Of a DNA stretch of 64,000 bases, positions 17,200 to 27,391 are shown one piece after another. Under the pieces are notes generated by a model, which was not told the origin of the DNA, did not search any database, and saw only the letters and a program-made list of their open reading frames with translations. Source of the stretch: an uncultured virus (IMG/VR IMGVR_UViG_3300048913_000302) (Duplodnaviria; Heunggongvirae; Uroviricota; Caudoviricetes). The position numbers and the translations under genes are program-made. The stretch spans positions 1 through 64,000 of IMG/VR virus record IMGVR_UViG_3300048913_000302, one strand, 5' to 3'. Positions within the stretch are counted from its first letter, which is position 1, and each line of letters starts with the position of its first letter.

Positions 17200-18234
17200 T
17201 CAGGCGGCGGTGTCAGGGGTCAGCTTGAGGGTGGTTGCATCGATCTTTGCCAGATCCCACGAGGTGCCATCAGGCGCTTTCGGGAAGATCCCGATCGGCG
17301 CGCCGTAGGTGGTAGTTTTCGCCACCGCGGGAAACTTCGGTGAGAAGCTCTGACTGTTTTGGGTGATCTCAACCTTACTGGTCGATGCCCCGTCACCACT
17401 ACTGGTCCCCGACAATGACAGACTCACCGCAGTAACACGACTACCTTCAGGAGCACTGGTCTTGAGGCTGGTGACCAATGGAGTCTTATCGCTTGGCGAA
17501 GTGGCAGTTGGGTTAGCTGGCAAGGCAGCGTTCAACACATCCAACAGCGTACCAGACGAAGGTGTCCAGCCAGCCCCTACTGCGGCGTCCAAGGTGATTG
17601 GAAACAGCTTCTGAGGACCGAGCGGACCTACCATGCCGTCACCCGCCACCGCATCGACGATGTAGATGTCGCGGTAGGCATAACGGGCGTTCACGGTGTT
17701 GGCGAGCGTGAAGTTGATCGTCCAGGCACCCGACACGAACGCAGCCTTCTGAGCGGTGTTAGGAGCGCTACCGATCGTAGCAGTCACAGGGACGCCGTTG
17801 ACTGTGAGGGTAGGCGTGAACGTCACGAAGTCGTAAGTCAGCTCGACGTAGACCTCGTTACCTACCGTTGGTAGCCACGGAGCGCTGGCTGCTGCCATCT
17901 GGATGATGTACGCAGTCGTATCGTTAGGCGTACCTGGGACCGAGAACGAGATCATCGCGTGAGCAGCACCGTAGACTTGGAGAGTCTTTACCCGCCAACC
18001 GAACGTGACCTTGGTCGGGTTAGGTGGAATCAGACCCGTCATGTCGAACGCCAGGTTGACGTTCTGAGCTGAGGAGTAACCACCAAGAAAACCGTTACTG
18101 TCCACCGCCATGAGGGTAGGGTTCAGCAGTGTGGCATTGGCGTAACCGAAACCTACCGAAGGGTTGTTCACAGCACCAACGGCAGGTGCTGGAGTTCTGA
18201 CACAGTGATCAAAACCGTACATTGCACGAAGCAT
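17200..18234 (-). CDS. Tail/fibre protein, family B
   Basis: MLRAMYGFDH...RDIYIVD...GPLGPQ...APDGTSW. Confidence 0.7.
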   Translation of the reverse strand: MLRAMYGFDHCVRTPAPAVGAVNNPSVGFGYANATLLNPTLMAVDSNGFLGGYSSAQNVNLAFDMTGLIPPNPTKVTFGWRVKTLQVYGAAHAMISFSVPGTPNDTTAYIIQMAAASAPWLPTVGNEVYVELTYDFVTFTPTLTVNGVPVTATIGSAPNTAQKAAFVSGAWTINFTLANTVNARYAYRDIYIVDAVAGDGMVGPLGPQKLFPITLDAAVGAGWTPSSGTLLDVLNAALPANPTATSPSDKTPLVTSLKTSAPEGSRVTAVSLSLSGTSSGDGASTSKVEITQNSQSFSPKFPAVAKTTTYGAPIGIFPKAPDGTSWDLAKIDATTLKLTPDTAA

Positions 18235-18238
18235 GAGA

Positions 18239-18616
18239 TCACTCCTCACTCACAGGTGGTGTTTCAGCAACTGGCTCTTCCTCCACCGGCTCATGCCAGC
18301 ACAGGAAGATAGTACCTACTGGTGCCGTAGAACGTTCTGGGAAGCGCAACCCGAGGGCGTACTTGTACGTGCTGAAGGTTGGCAGGTCGCGATGGTTGAG
18401 ACCGTTGTAGATGACCTCAGCGCCATTCAGGCTATATTCCGTGCCGTGCTCGTCCATGTTCCACTTGTCTTTATCGACTTGTGGTGCATGCTCAGATAGC
18501 ACTTGGGTCATCAGTCGCTGATCCGCCTCGTTGAGTAGACCCAGCGGGATCACACTCAGCACCTCACCTGGTTCGGTGAAGTCCTGACGGATCAGGTAGT
18601 TCGGCCAATCATTCAT
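18239..18616 (-). CDS. Stand-alone C-terminal domain of the family A long form
   Basis: NGLN...LPT...YKYALGLR...G.IFL matches the C-terminus of 21238-22110. Confidence 0.65.
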   Translation of the reverse strand: MNDWPNYLIRQDFTEPGEVLSVIPLGLLNEADQRLMTQVLSEHAPQVDKDKWNMDEHGTEYSLNGAEVIYNGLNHRDLPTFSTYKYALGLRFPERSTAPVGTIFLCWHEPVEEEPVAETPPVSEE

Positions 18617-18631
18617 GATCGATTCCTCGGC

Positions 18632-19126
18632 TTAGAAGCCTGTCAATTTGTTGTCAGTGAAGGCTGTCGAGATATCTGGATAACCACCGAACACCAACGT
18701 CCCTGTGCCGAACCAACCCAGGCTATCGGTCGTGGCTTCCAGTTGGACATTCACTTTACCGTTCACCGTAGTCGAGCTGTGTTCCACCAGATGTGTCGGC
18801 GTGAACGGGACGTTGAGGTAACCGATGACGGTACCCAACCACGCGTCTTTGGCCAGTCCGTCTGCACAGAAGCATGTGGTCAAGTCAAAGAGCTCGAGCG
18901 TCTTCAGATCCAGTCGGTCGTAGAAGAAGGTCGTGAATCCGGCCACCAACGTCGTGGTATCGGAGGCCCGCACAGCGACAGCGCTGTTCTTTCCGAACTG
19001 AGTGATCTCAGCGGAGGTAGCGGCTCTTGGTTTGCCGAAGACCAAGTCGGAAGCGGTGAAGTTGACACCGCTCGCAACGTTGATCATCGCAATCAAGTCC
19101 GCCTGGCTTGATACGAAAATACCCAT
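18632..19126 (-). CDS. Virion module, family A (short form)
   Basis: FFYDRLDL; SLGWFG; C-terminal AFTDNKLTGF. Confidence 0.7.
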   Translation of the reverse strand: MGIFVSSQADLIAMINVASGVNFTASDLVFGKPRAATSAEITQFGKNSAVAVRASDTTTLVAGFTTFFYDRLDLKTLELFDLTTCFCADGLAKDAWLGTVIGYLNVPFTPTHLVEHSSTTVNGKVNVQLEATTDSLGWFGTGTLVFGGYPDISTAFTDNKLTGF

Positions 19127-19134
19127 GACGGACC

Positions 19135-20151
19135 CTACACGTTGTAGTGGATGATGATCTTGCCAGCGAACCAACTACCGGCCACGCTTTGCAAGACGAC
19201 ACAACGGTTGTACTTGGCGGAGTTGGCATCTGGGATAGCGGCATTGGGCAGCGTGTACCGATACCAGGTCAGTCCGGTTACACCACCTGATCCAGAGGAG
19301 GAATCACCGACGTTCCAATCCGTGCGCTTCGTGTTAGCCAGCAGCCAGTTAACCAAGTTGATAACTGTGCTGTGGGACGAGGCGAGAACAGAAGCGCTAG
19401 TGAACGCTTCCAGGAACGACGAGATAACACTGGCGTCCTGACAGTAGACCAACATCTCACCCTGCGGTTTACGGCCGGGGGTGGTGAAGTCGTTGTTATT
19501 GCCTGGGTAAAACCGCCCAACCAGCGCACGGTTTGCATCCGTGACGATGGAGGTGAAAGGACGAGGTCCTACCGTCCACGTCAACTGCACAGTACCTTTA
19601 TAGCACCAGCTGGTGGCGATCACGTTGATGTTGGTCAACACACCGCTAGTCAGCGCTGTCGTGTTGGCAATGTCTGCAGCAGGAATCTTGATCCCAAACT
19701 TCGAGGCAAACGAAGCTTTCCACGTCGCCGCTGGCAACGTACCTGAAGCGACGTAATCGTTCAGGGTCAGCGTCATGTGCTTGAAGATGGTACCGAAATC
19801 GATACGGCGATAACGAACCGTCTGACGACCCAGTGCCGAACTACCAGGTGCCGGAGACACCAAGATCGACGTATCGGTCTTGTACCCATCCCCAGGTACC
19901 GTGGGAACCGCCGTCACCGCACTGAACTGCACGGTACCTTTCGGATATTGCGCTTTGAAACCCGGGTTACTCTTCTCGATCAGATCGTACAAGATGTCGA
20001 TCTGATCGGCCTTGTAATCAGTAGGCGCCGGTGGACCAGGAACCACCGGGTTCGTATCAACCAGCGCATAAGCGGTGATCGACCGAACCGTGGAAGCTGC
20101 CAGTGGTTTACCGAGCGCGTAAGCTTGCACTGCCCGTACGGTTAATGACAT
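19135..20151 (-). CDS. Family A long form with two N-terminal repeats
   Basis: VRAVQAYAL / VRSITAYAL; VRYRRIDF; GKIIIHYN. Confidence 0.7.
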   Translation of the reverse strand: MSLTVRAVQAYALGKPLAASTVRSITAYALVDTNPVVPGPPAPTDYKADQIDILYDLIEKSNPGFKAQYPKGTVQFSAVTAVPTVPGDGYKTDTSILVSPAPGSSALGRQTVRYRRIDFGTIFKHMTLTLNDYVASGTLPAATWKASFASKFGIKIPAADIANTTALTSGVLTNINVIATSWCYKGTVQLTWTVGPRPFTSIVTDANRALVGRFYPGNNNDFTTPGRKPQGEMLVYCQDASVISSFLEAFTSASVLASSHSTVINLVNWLLANTKRTDWNVGDSSSGSGGVTGLTWYRYTLPNAAIPDANSAKYNRCVVLQSVAGSWFAGKIIIHYNV

Positions 20152-20154
20152 GGC

Positions 20155-21180
20155 TTAACTCGCTACGTCTGGAGTCAATGAGAGCGTGGTCGCGTCGATG
20201 GAAGCAGCAGTCCAGCGACTGCCATTAGGGGCGCGGGTGAACACACCGAATGGGTTGCCGTACTTGAACGCCGTGCCGATCGCCTTCGACTGAGCGAGAA
20301 TGGTCTTCCCGCCGTTGGTTGCCGAGAGACCTGTCAGTGCGCCGGCCTGATCTACCTTACCGGCCATCATGACGAATACGCCATCGACGTTGGCGTTCGC
20401 TGGTAGAGACCCTGGGTTCAATCCCACCACCAGTGGTGCCTTGCTGACGCCGGAGGTCATGGTAGCAGCTCCAGCCGTCTCGATAGGGACGTTTAGAGCA
20501 GTCAGAAGCCCAGACCCATCGCTGGTGGTCCAATCAGTTCCTGAGGCGCTGTCAAGCGTAACAGGGAATATCTTGCGAGGACCCAGACGACCCACGTAAC
20601 CATCACCTGGATAGTTGTCGGTCAGGTAGATGTCACGCACTGCCGTGATACCCGCCACGTTGGCCGGGTAGCTCAGCGTGTAGACCACCTGGACGATGCC
20701 GGCTCTTAGGTTAGCCAACGAGATCGTGTTGATGGAGATGCTGGTAAAGAACACGTCGTCGATGTAGTAGGTGGCGGTAGCTGCTATCAGATCGAATGTG
20801 ATCTCAATATAGTTCTCGCCACCCACAACGCCGATATTCGTCAATTGCTGAAAGTTCAACAGCAACATGAACGAGGTAGGGACTGCCTCAGCGGCTAGGT
20901 ATAGGAAACCACCACTATTGCCTAACGCCAACTGTTTAGCGCGGATACCGATGGTGAATGTGCTAACAGGCGCAACCAGGTGTTTGGACAGATCGTGGAA
21001 CACCTGAACGTACGGCGTGTTGCCGGTAGAGGGTGTCGCAGCCAACGATCCGTCAGGTGTAATGATGACCCCACGGTTGGTGCCTGAGGCGGTCTTGCTA
21101 AAAACATAACCGCAGTTTGGCAGCCACGTGTCGCTCACGTTCTTTGCGATGTGGTCGAAACCGAAGATGGCGCGAAGCAT
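20155..21180 (-). CDS. Tail/fibre protein, family B
   Basis: MLRAIFGFDH...RDIYLTD...GRLGPR...APNGSRWT. Confidence 0.7.
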   Translation of the reverse strand: MLRAIFGFDHIAKNVSDTWLPNCGYVFSKTASGTNRGVIITPDGSLAATPSTGNTPYVQVFHDLSKHLVAPVSTFTIGIRAKQLALGNSGGFLYLAAEAVPTSFMLLLNFQQLTNIGVVGGENYIEITFDLIAATATYYIDDVFFTSISINTISLANLRAGIVQVVYTLSYPANVAGITAVRDIYLTDNYPGDGYVGRLGPRKIFPVTLDSASGTDWTTSDGSGLLTALNVPIETAGAATMTSGVSKAPLVVGLNPGSLPANANVDGVFVMMAGKVDQAGALTGLSATNGGKTILAQSKAIGTAFKYGNPFGVFTRAPNGSRWTAASIDATTLSLTPDVAS

Positions 21181-21237
21181 GGATAATCTCCCAATTGGTT
21201 AGTAGACGAGCGCCCACCGGCGCTCGTCTATGACCCC

Positions 21238-22110
21238 TTACGACGCGTCGAATGGATCGTTGTAGTGGAGGTACATCAGACCCGCAGGAGTCAACACAGC
21301 CGGATCGAGGCGCAGACCCATCACGTATTTGTACGATGGGTTGGTTGGCAGGGTCGGGTTGTTGAGACCGTTGCTGACCACCGTTGCGTTCGCCAGGTTC
21401 CACGCCGTCGCACCAGGGTTGTTCGCCCACAGCGCCTTGCCGGCGCCGATGTCGGTAGCCAGGAGCATGGCCACGAGGGCATCTGCTTGCGTGCTGGTGA
21501 GGGTACCTGGTGCGATTGGGGACAGCGTGCTGAAGTAGTTGGTGTAATCGTACGGGTACAGGTACATCGCACCGTAAGTGTCCTGATCACTGGCGGTTGG
21601 GTAGTTCAAACCGTTCAGCGAGGTCACTGTGATCAACGCATCCAGCGGGGCAGCGCCCTTGGTGATGGTCAGTGGCGCGGTACCGATCCAGCCCAGGCTG
21701 GTGGTCTTGGCCGTCAGTGTGACAGAATGGGTATCGTCACCATTATCTACCAGGGGGGCGTCTTCCAGATCGTCGGTGGTGAACTGGATGCCCGTCCAGT
21801 ACTGCAACATCGGCAGCAGCGTGTAGACGGTGGTGACGTTGTACGCCGAACACTTGAACCCCGGGAGGTTAGTTGCGTTCAGCGAGCTCAGGTTCAGTCG
21901 ATCGTAGGTCAGATCGCGTTTGCCCTGATACGGACTGCCGGCTTTGGCGGTGATGCGGATACCGGTGTTGCGGGATGTTGCTTGTCCCTTCCAAGTACCC
22001 GACAACGCTTGAGGTGCGCCGAAGTCGATTTCGGTGACCTTGTACGTCGTCGAGTTGGCGGCGTTGATAGCCGCCAGGACGTCGGGGAGTGACTGAGTCA
22101 TGTACGCCAT
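21238..22110 (-). CDS. Virion structural protein, family A long form
   Basis: LTYDRLNL; SLGWIG; GLMYLHYN. Confidence 0.75.
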   Translation of the reverse strand: MAYMTQSLPDVLAAINAANSTTYKVTEIDFGAPQALSGTWKGQATSRNTGIRITAKAGSPYQGKRDLTYDRLNLSSLNATNLPGFKCSAYNVTTVYTLLPMLQYWTGIQFTTDDLEDAPLVDNGDDTHSVTLTAKTTSLGWIGTAPLTITKGAAPLDALITVTSLNGLNYPTASDQDTYGAMYLYPYDYTNYFSTLSPIAPGTLTSTQADALVAMLLATDIGAGKALWANNPGATAWNLANATVVSNGLNNPTLPTNPSYKYVMGLRLDPAVLTPAGLMYLHYNDPFDAS

Positions 22111-22121
22111 GGAGTCTATCC

Positions 22122-23069
22122 TCAGACGTTGAAGTGGATGAAGTGTTGGCCGATACCCGAACCACGCGCGGTGTCGTAATCTGGGATAGTCCAGACCAGC
22201 ACACGGTTGTAGTACTTGGAGTTAGCCAGAGGGCAGGCATCTCGACCGGCTTGAGTGCTGAGGTCGTATACGACACCGCCCCAATCCATGTAAGCGTATG
22301 CAGGCGCGTTGTTGACCGAACCCACCAGACCCTTACCGTACAGGCGGTTGAGTTCTGCGATGAACCGGTTACCGAATGCTGGGGTATCGTTACCAGCCAC
22401 TGGGTTACCTGGGAAGTTACCCCACGGTGCAGTAGCGATGAACGACGTCCAATCGATGTTGTACGCCATGTTGTTGACAACGACTGGGTGAGCGCCATCA
22501 AAGGTGTTGCCGCCTGGGAACAGACGAGCAGCCAGGTCGGTCACGGTGATCATCGACTCGAGGTCTTGTGGAGCGCCGCGCCATTTCAGTGCGAACGAAC
22601 CGATGTAACCCAGCGAGGTTGCCTTGGCATTCACGGTCACGGTCGAGGTGTAGAATCCGTTCTCTTGCACCGTACCCCGCGTGATGTTGACGTTGGTCAC
22701 GTCGTCTTCAGTGAGGTTCATGCCGTACAGTGTGTTGATAATCGGCAGGAGTTGGTACAGGGTGAACACGATAGCACCCGACGAGCCAGAGTTCTGGTTG
22801 GCCGAATACTTGTTGATCTGTACCACCATCCCACGGAACAGGCTGTTGAGCGAGAGACGTTGGTAGTTGAGCGGTTTACGACCAATGTAGTCGGTACCGA
22901 TAGCTGAGCCGGTTACGACCGTGTTCAGCTCAGGCCGGCCAGGCACCGTACCAGCGGCTGGGGCACCTAACTTAAAGTTAGCTGGCGAGAGCACGATCGG
23001 AAGGTCCGGGTTCGCCTCATTGATGAGGTCATAAACCAAGGCTTGAGACGGCTTGGTGAATAGTGGCAT
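22122..23069 (-). CDS. Virion structural protein, family A long form
   Basis: LNYQRLSL; SLGYIG; GQHFIHFN. Confidence 0.75.
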   Translation of the reverse strand: MPLFTKPSQALVYDLINEANPDLPIVLSPANFKLGAPAAGTVPGRPELNTVVTGSAIGTDYIGRKPLNYQRLSLNSLFRGMVVQINKYSANQNSGSSGAIVFTLYQLLPIINTLYGMNLTEDDVTNVNITRGTVQENGFYTSTVTVNAKATSLGYIGSFALKWRGAPQDLESMITVTDLAARLFPGGNTFDGAHPVVVNNMAYNIDWTSFIATAPWGNFPGNPVAGNDTPAFGNRFIAELNRLYGKGLVGSVNNAPAYAYMDWGGVVYDLSTQAGRDACPLANSKYYNRVLVWTIPDYDTARGSGIGQHFIHFNV

Positions 23070-23071
23070 GG

Positions 23072-23854
23072 TTAAACCTCTTCCAGGTTGTTGTAGTGCA
23101 GGTAGACCTTGCCATCCATTCCTTCACTGGATACGCTTGCCTGAATCACTACACGGTCAAACAGTTGGTTACTGTCAGGCACCGCTGACGTCGGTTGGTC
23201 GGTGATCTTATTCTTCGTCCAGGTTGGGATATTCAACTCCACGCAAGCGGCTTGGAGAGCGTCCCAGTTGGAGTAATCGCCTTTACTGTCAGGCCGAATG
23301 GCGTCGCGCAGTGAAGTGAAGTCCATACCCCACGTCAACATCCTTGTAGACATCCGATGCAATACCACGATCGGATGCTTCAGCACGGGCAGTACGCGAA
23401 CGGAAACGACCGTATCCAACCAAGCCTTACCGTACTCCAACAGGATCGTCGCAGTACCAGTGAAGCCCATCGACAATGGAACTGCTACGATGTCGACTTG
23501 TCCCGAATCACCGTCCTCCAATTGAGGAGGCGTGAAGGGTTCGACATCTTCCAGTGTGATGTACAGACCGGTAGCGCCGTTGAACAGGTCCAGGACGAGC
23601 TGTGGCGTCAGTGGAGCGATCGAACGCAGCGGAGTGGAACGTTCTACCAATTCGAGTGGGATGCGCTTGTAGTAGATCTCCTCGGTACCGTAGTAACCAC
23701 GGCCTGGGATACCTTCTACTTCCATCTTGGTGTTCCAGCCATCACCCGCATCGGGGACTGGAACATCGAGACGAAGGTTACGCGTTGTGAATAACTTCGG
23801 AGGGTCGTTGGCGAGGTTGATAAGCTCGCGGATCTTGTCACCGCTATCCATCAC
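23072..23854 (-). CDS. Virion structural protein, family A long form
   Basis: IYYKRIPL; SMGFTG; GKVYLHYN. Confidence 0.75.
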   Translation of the reverse strand: MMDSGDKIRELINLANDPPKLFTTRNLRLDVPVPDAGDGWNTKMEVEGIPGRGYYGTEEIYYKRIPLELVERSTPLRSIAPLTPQLVLDLFNGATGLYITLEDVEPFTPPQLEDGDSGQVDIVAVPLSMGFTGTATILLEYGKAWLDTVVSVRVLPVLKHPIVVLHRMSTRMLTWGMDFTSLRDAIRPDSKGDYSNWDALQAACVELNIPTWTKNKITDQPTSAVPDSNQLFDRVVIQASVSSEGMDGKVYLHYNNLEEV

Positions 23855-23862
23855 CTATCTCC

Positions 23863-24696
23863 TTAGAGGACTTCTGGTAGATTGTAGTGCAGGAAAAGAC
23901 GACCGGAATAACCCAGACACGCCGCACTCAATTTAACCACGACACCTTTCTCGTAGTTCTGATTGAACTCCGGATAACCTGAGGTATCGCCGACGTAAAG
24001 GATCTCCGCACCCTCGAGAGAGTAACGGCTAGAGCCGGTAGTGACCCAGGCATCGCCTGTGGTGTTGACCATGGCGTCTTTGACCGCTTCGAGGTCTCCT
24101 TGTGCACCTGTCTGGAGAACGTCCAGGATAGCGTACTGTAGGGAGTAATCGCGCCAGTAGGTATACGCAATACCGAAAGGCTTGGCCTCGTACGGATCTG
24201 GATAGTTGAGTCCAGGCAGACGCGTCACGGTAATCACGTCAGTGAGAGGAATCCGTCCCTTCGTCACATGGAACGTTACCTGGCCGATCCAACCGCGCGA
24301 AGTGGGCTTCGCTACCAGGGTAACATCACCAGCACCATCCACCAACCCAGCATCGCTGGTCACGATATCTGCAGTGGTAAAGTTGGTGCCGTAGAACTTG
24401 TTGATCGCCAACGCCAGATCGAAGGTGGTGGTGATGTTACTCACCGCGATCTCCGACGGAATCAGTGTGGTCAGATCGGAAAGCTTGAGGCGGATGTGTT
24501 TGATGTCCACAGCGCCGGCGTATGGAGTGGATGCACCTTTGGCCGAGATGTGGATCTGGGTGTTGACACCCGAAGCCTCTTCCGGAATCGCCGTCGAAGG
24601 ATCGAAATTGTATTCGTTTACGGCCAGCTGTACGCCAGGGTTGAGAGTCTCGATGGACTCTACCACGGCTTCTAGCGGATCAGGGTACAAGCTCAT
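23863..24696 (-). CDS. Virion structural protein, family A long form
   Basis: IKHIRLKL; SRGWIG; GRLFLHYN. Confidence 0.75.
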   Translation of the reverse strand: MSLYPDPLEAVVESIETLNPGVQLAVNEYNFDPSTAIPEEASGVNTQIHISAKGASTPYAGAVDIKHIRLKLSDLTTLIPSEIAVSNITTTFDLALAINKFYGTNFTTADIVTSDAGLVDGAGDVTLVAKPTSRGWIGQVTFHVTKGRIPLTDVITVTRLPGLNYPDPYEAKPFGIAYTYWRDYSLQYAILDVLQTGAQGDLEAVKDAMVNTTGDAWVTTGSSRYSLEGAEILYVGDTSGYPEFNQNYEKGVVVKLSAACLGYSGRLFLHYNLPEVL

Positions 24697-24708
24697 ATCG
24701 AGCCCTCT

Positions 24709-25506
24709 TTATGACCGGTTATAGTGGAAGTAAGCGTCGCCAATGTGGTTAGGGTACGACACGTTCGGTTGAATGATAACGTGCGTGTATTCCTTGTTGG
24801 CAGTGGGGATATCCGACGTAGCCGAAACGATCAGGGAGTACCAAGGTGCTTGAGGCCAGTTGAAGAACCCATGACCTTCCATCACCTTGCGTACTTGATC
24901 GGGATAACGCCAAGCACCTGCGTTGGTCAGCAGGGATGCTTGATCGTCAGTGAAGTCGATCCCCCAGGTGTTCATCGACATCGAACGTTGTCCCAACTTC
25001 GGGTCCAACGGATGTTTCAACACATCGAGGATTCGGTTGGCAATCGAAGCCAACTCTGGACGCACCCGCGTGTATTCGACGAGGAACTGTCCCTCGTAAC
25101 CCAGCGAGTCAGGTTTGGAGACGATAGGGATGTTCACCTGCTCGTTCTCGCCCAACCAAGTAATGGCCACGTCGACCACGTCACGCTCAGTCAGCGACAG
25201 CCCCAGCGTTTCGTTGATGATAGGCAACAGTCGATAGAGTGTAGGATAACCCACACGCTTGACTTGAGGTTTGATCCCCTGGTACGCACGTCCCAGATCG
25301 AGACGGTCGTATTTGAAGCGGATGTAACCTTCGAAGTCGCTGTTGTACATCGCCACTACAGGTACTTCTACAGCACCCGACTGGTCAGCCGATTTGGTGA
25401 TCAGGCCGAAGTACAGGTCATCGACATGCACGTCACCGGCGAGCGGGTTGGCTGCGTGAATGGCATCAGTCAGAGCTTTCTCCGCTCCGCCAGGTAGTAG
25501 AAACAT
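24709..25506 (-). CDS. Virion structural protein, family A long form
   Basis: FKYDRLDL; SLGYEG; GDAYFHYN. Confidence 0.75.
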   Translation of the reverse strand: MFLLPGGAEKALTDAIHAANPLAGDVHVDDLYFGLITKSADQSGAVEVPVVAMYNSDFEGYIRFKYDRLDLGRAYQGIKPQVKRVGYPTLYRLLPIINETLGLSLTERDVVDVAITWLGENEQVNIPIVSKPDSLGYEGQFLVEYTRVRPELASIANRILDVLKHPLDPKLGQRSMSMNTWGIDFTDDQASLLTNAGAWRYPDQVRKVMEGHGFFNWPQAPWYSLIVSATSDIPTANKEYTHVIIQPNVSYPNHIGDAYFHYNRS

Positions 25507-25532
25507 GTTGCGTCTCCTAGATCGGGCAGAAT

Positions 25533-25566
25533 AGACGAGGGGTGGGGTTAACCCACCCCTCGTCTG
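25533..25566. terminator. Intergenic hairpin
   Basis: agacgaggggtggg...cccacccctcgtct 14-bp stem. Confidence 0.6.
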
Positions 25567-25593
25567 TGTGCTTTATGTCTGATCGGGGTGAAA

Positions 25594-26139
25594 TCAAGCA
25601 GGAGGCTGGTAGGTCAGGCCATCCATCACTTTGTTCACGATGACGGTCGACAGCAGGATATCTTCGGCCTTCAGTTGGAAGGTCAAGCTGCCGCGGTAGC
25701 AGAGCGAGTCAGCCTTTACCAACAGCTGGACGTCCAGGATCTCGTTCGGCGTCCCGGTGAACTCTGGCAGATCGCCGTCGGTGAAGTCAGCCGCTTGCAG
25801 GTTGATGGCCAGACGAGCGTTGATGGCCGGAACGATGTCTGCGATCTTGAGCGCTTCACCGATCGGGAAGATCAGGTTACGACCAACCGCCGAGGCCACG
25901 TACGGGTTACCGATTTCGGTGGTCAGGTGCAGACGGTTGTAGTTGATGACTTCCTGACCGGTGTAGCCGGAGCCGGATTTTGCAATAACGGTGATGTCGG
26001 TATTCTTCGCGTCATTCGACTGAGAGGGGATACCGAAATCCACCAGCTCAGGCGTCAACGAGGAGCCGGACTCCACGTTGTTGCGGTTGATCATGTCGCA
26101 AAGAACCTTTTTCGATTCTAAGGTAAGATTGTCAGCCAT
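25594..26139 (-). CDS. Virion module, family A short form
   Basis: INYNRLHL; ends DGLTYQPPA. Confidence 0.75.
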   Translation of the reverse strand: MADNLTLESKKVLCDMINRNNVESGSSLTPELVDFGIPSQSNDAKNTDITVIAKSGSGYTGQEVINYNRLHLTTEIGNPYVASAVGRNLIFPIGEALKIADIVPAINARLAINLQAADFTDGDLPEFTGTPNEILDVQLLVKADSLCYRGSLTFQLKAEDILLSTVIVNKVMDGLTYQPPA

Positions 26140-26196
26140 GGGGACCGTTCTCTTGTCGAAGTTGAGGTAAGTGAGTCACAGACGTCACATAGAATT

Positions 26197-26733
26197 TCAG
26201 GCGGGAGGCTGGTAAGTAAGGCCATCGAAGTGGCGATTCTTGATCACAGCCGATAGTGGGATCAGCTCAGGAACAAGCTTGATCACCATTGCGTCCTTGT
26301 ACACTTTCGAGTTCGGGGCGATTTCTAACTCCACCTCAAACTCTGCAATTCCCTGATCCTGGAAATTGGGGATTGAATGGTTGATGATCTTGTCAGCGGT
26401 CAGACGGATGTCGTACCGCTCATTGATCACAGGCAACAGGTCCGCCAGCGTACGTTCATTAGCGATAACGAACGTGGTCTGGTTGGGGAGTCGGGGGTCG
26501 ACGAACTCAGCAATCGGCACCCGGTTGTAGTTGAAAGACTGACTCCCTGAATATCGGCGTCCAGGTATTGCCGTCGCAACAATCAGCGTATCGTGAGGGA
26601 ACTGCTGACTTGGGACGTTTACGTTGGGAAAGCCGAACGTCACCAGGCTGGACGTGAGGACCTGGCCAGGGTTCTGCGTGCGGATCAAATCGATGACGAC
26701 ACTGTCTTCGTCAAGGGTGTAATCAGTGGCCAT
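26197..26733 (-). CDS. Virion module, family A short form
   Basis: FNYNRVPI; ends DGLTYQPPA, identical to its neighbour. Confidence 0.75.
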   Translation of the reverse strand: MATDYTLDEDSVVIDLIRTQNPGQVLTSSLVTFGFPNVNVPSQQFPHDTLIVATAIPGRRYSGSQSFNYNRVPIAEFVDPRLPNQTTFVIANERTLADLLPVINERYDIRLTADKIINHSIPNFQDQGIAEFEVELEIAPNSKVYKDAMVIKLVPELIPLSAVIKNRHFDGLTYQPPA

Positions 26734-26769
26734 AACCTGGTTCTCTGCTTGATAAAAGGGACATAGAAT

Positions 26770-27282
26770 TTACCCCACGAACTCTGGCGGTATGAATCCA
26801 TCCAGAACGTTGTTGGGAAACGCCACATCGAGAGGGATTCCGTACCCTTCTACGATCTTCACGGTGAGCGTGCCGATCCAGAGCAAACACTTAGAACTTA
26901 CACCAAACGAGAACTGGTCATCGACTTGTTGAACATCGAGGACGTGGTTCGGGTCGAACTGGAAGTTGTAGTGCCTGGCAAGCTCTGAGAGGACCTTACC
27001 GACGTCTGGAGTACCTTCGATAGCGCACGGTACCTCTTCATAGCCAATCGCCGCAAAAGCGGCTTGCATGTCGTTCCTGGAGTAGTAATAGATATTGCTA
27101 CCCGTCACCTTCCTCGAGGGGCGCATGGTGGCGATGATTCGAGTGTTGTCACCGCTCTCCCAGTTGCCTGCTTCTGGATCACTGAAGTCAAGGTCGGAAG
27201 TACGCAGCGTGACTTTATATTGGTCGAGTACAGCTTTGTTCTTCAAAACCAAGTGGTCGAGCAGAATCTGCTTCTCGGTCAT
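26770..27282 (-). CDS. Virion module, family A short form
   Basis: YYYSRNDM; AFPNNVLDG shared with 45243-45821. Confidence 0.7.
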   Translation of the reverse strand: MTEKQILLDHLVLKNKAVLDQYKVTLRTSDLDFSDPEAGNWESGDNTRIIATMRPSRKVTGSNIYYYSRNDMQAAFAAIGYEEVPCAIEGTPDVGKVLSELARHYNFQFDPNHVLDVQQVDDQFSFGVSSKCLLWIGTLTVKIVEGYGIPLDVAFPNNVLDGFIPPEFVG

Positions 27283-27391
27283 ATCTGACCTCTTGTCCGG
27301 GTTAATGGATTCTAATGGGTCGAATACGACCTCTTCAGATTAGTTCATTTAACTTATTTATAATCGTACATACTCAGACCGAACCATTAAA

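Noticed and set aside
12642..27282. Diversity-generating retroelement or invertible fibre cassette
   Set aside because: No reverse transcriptase or recombinase in the window and no near-identical DNA repeats seen; paralogy is at protein level.
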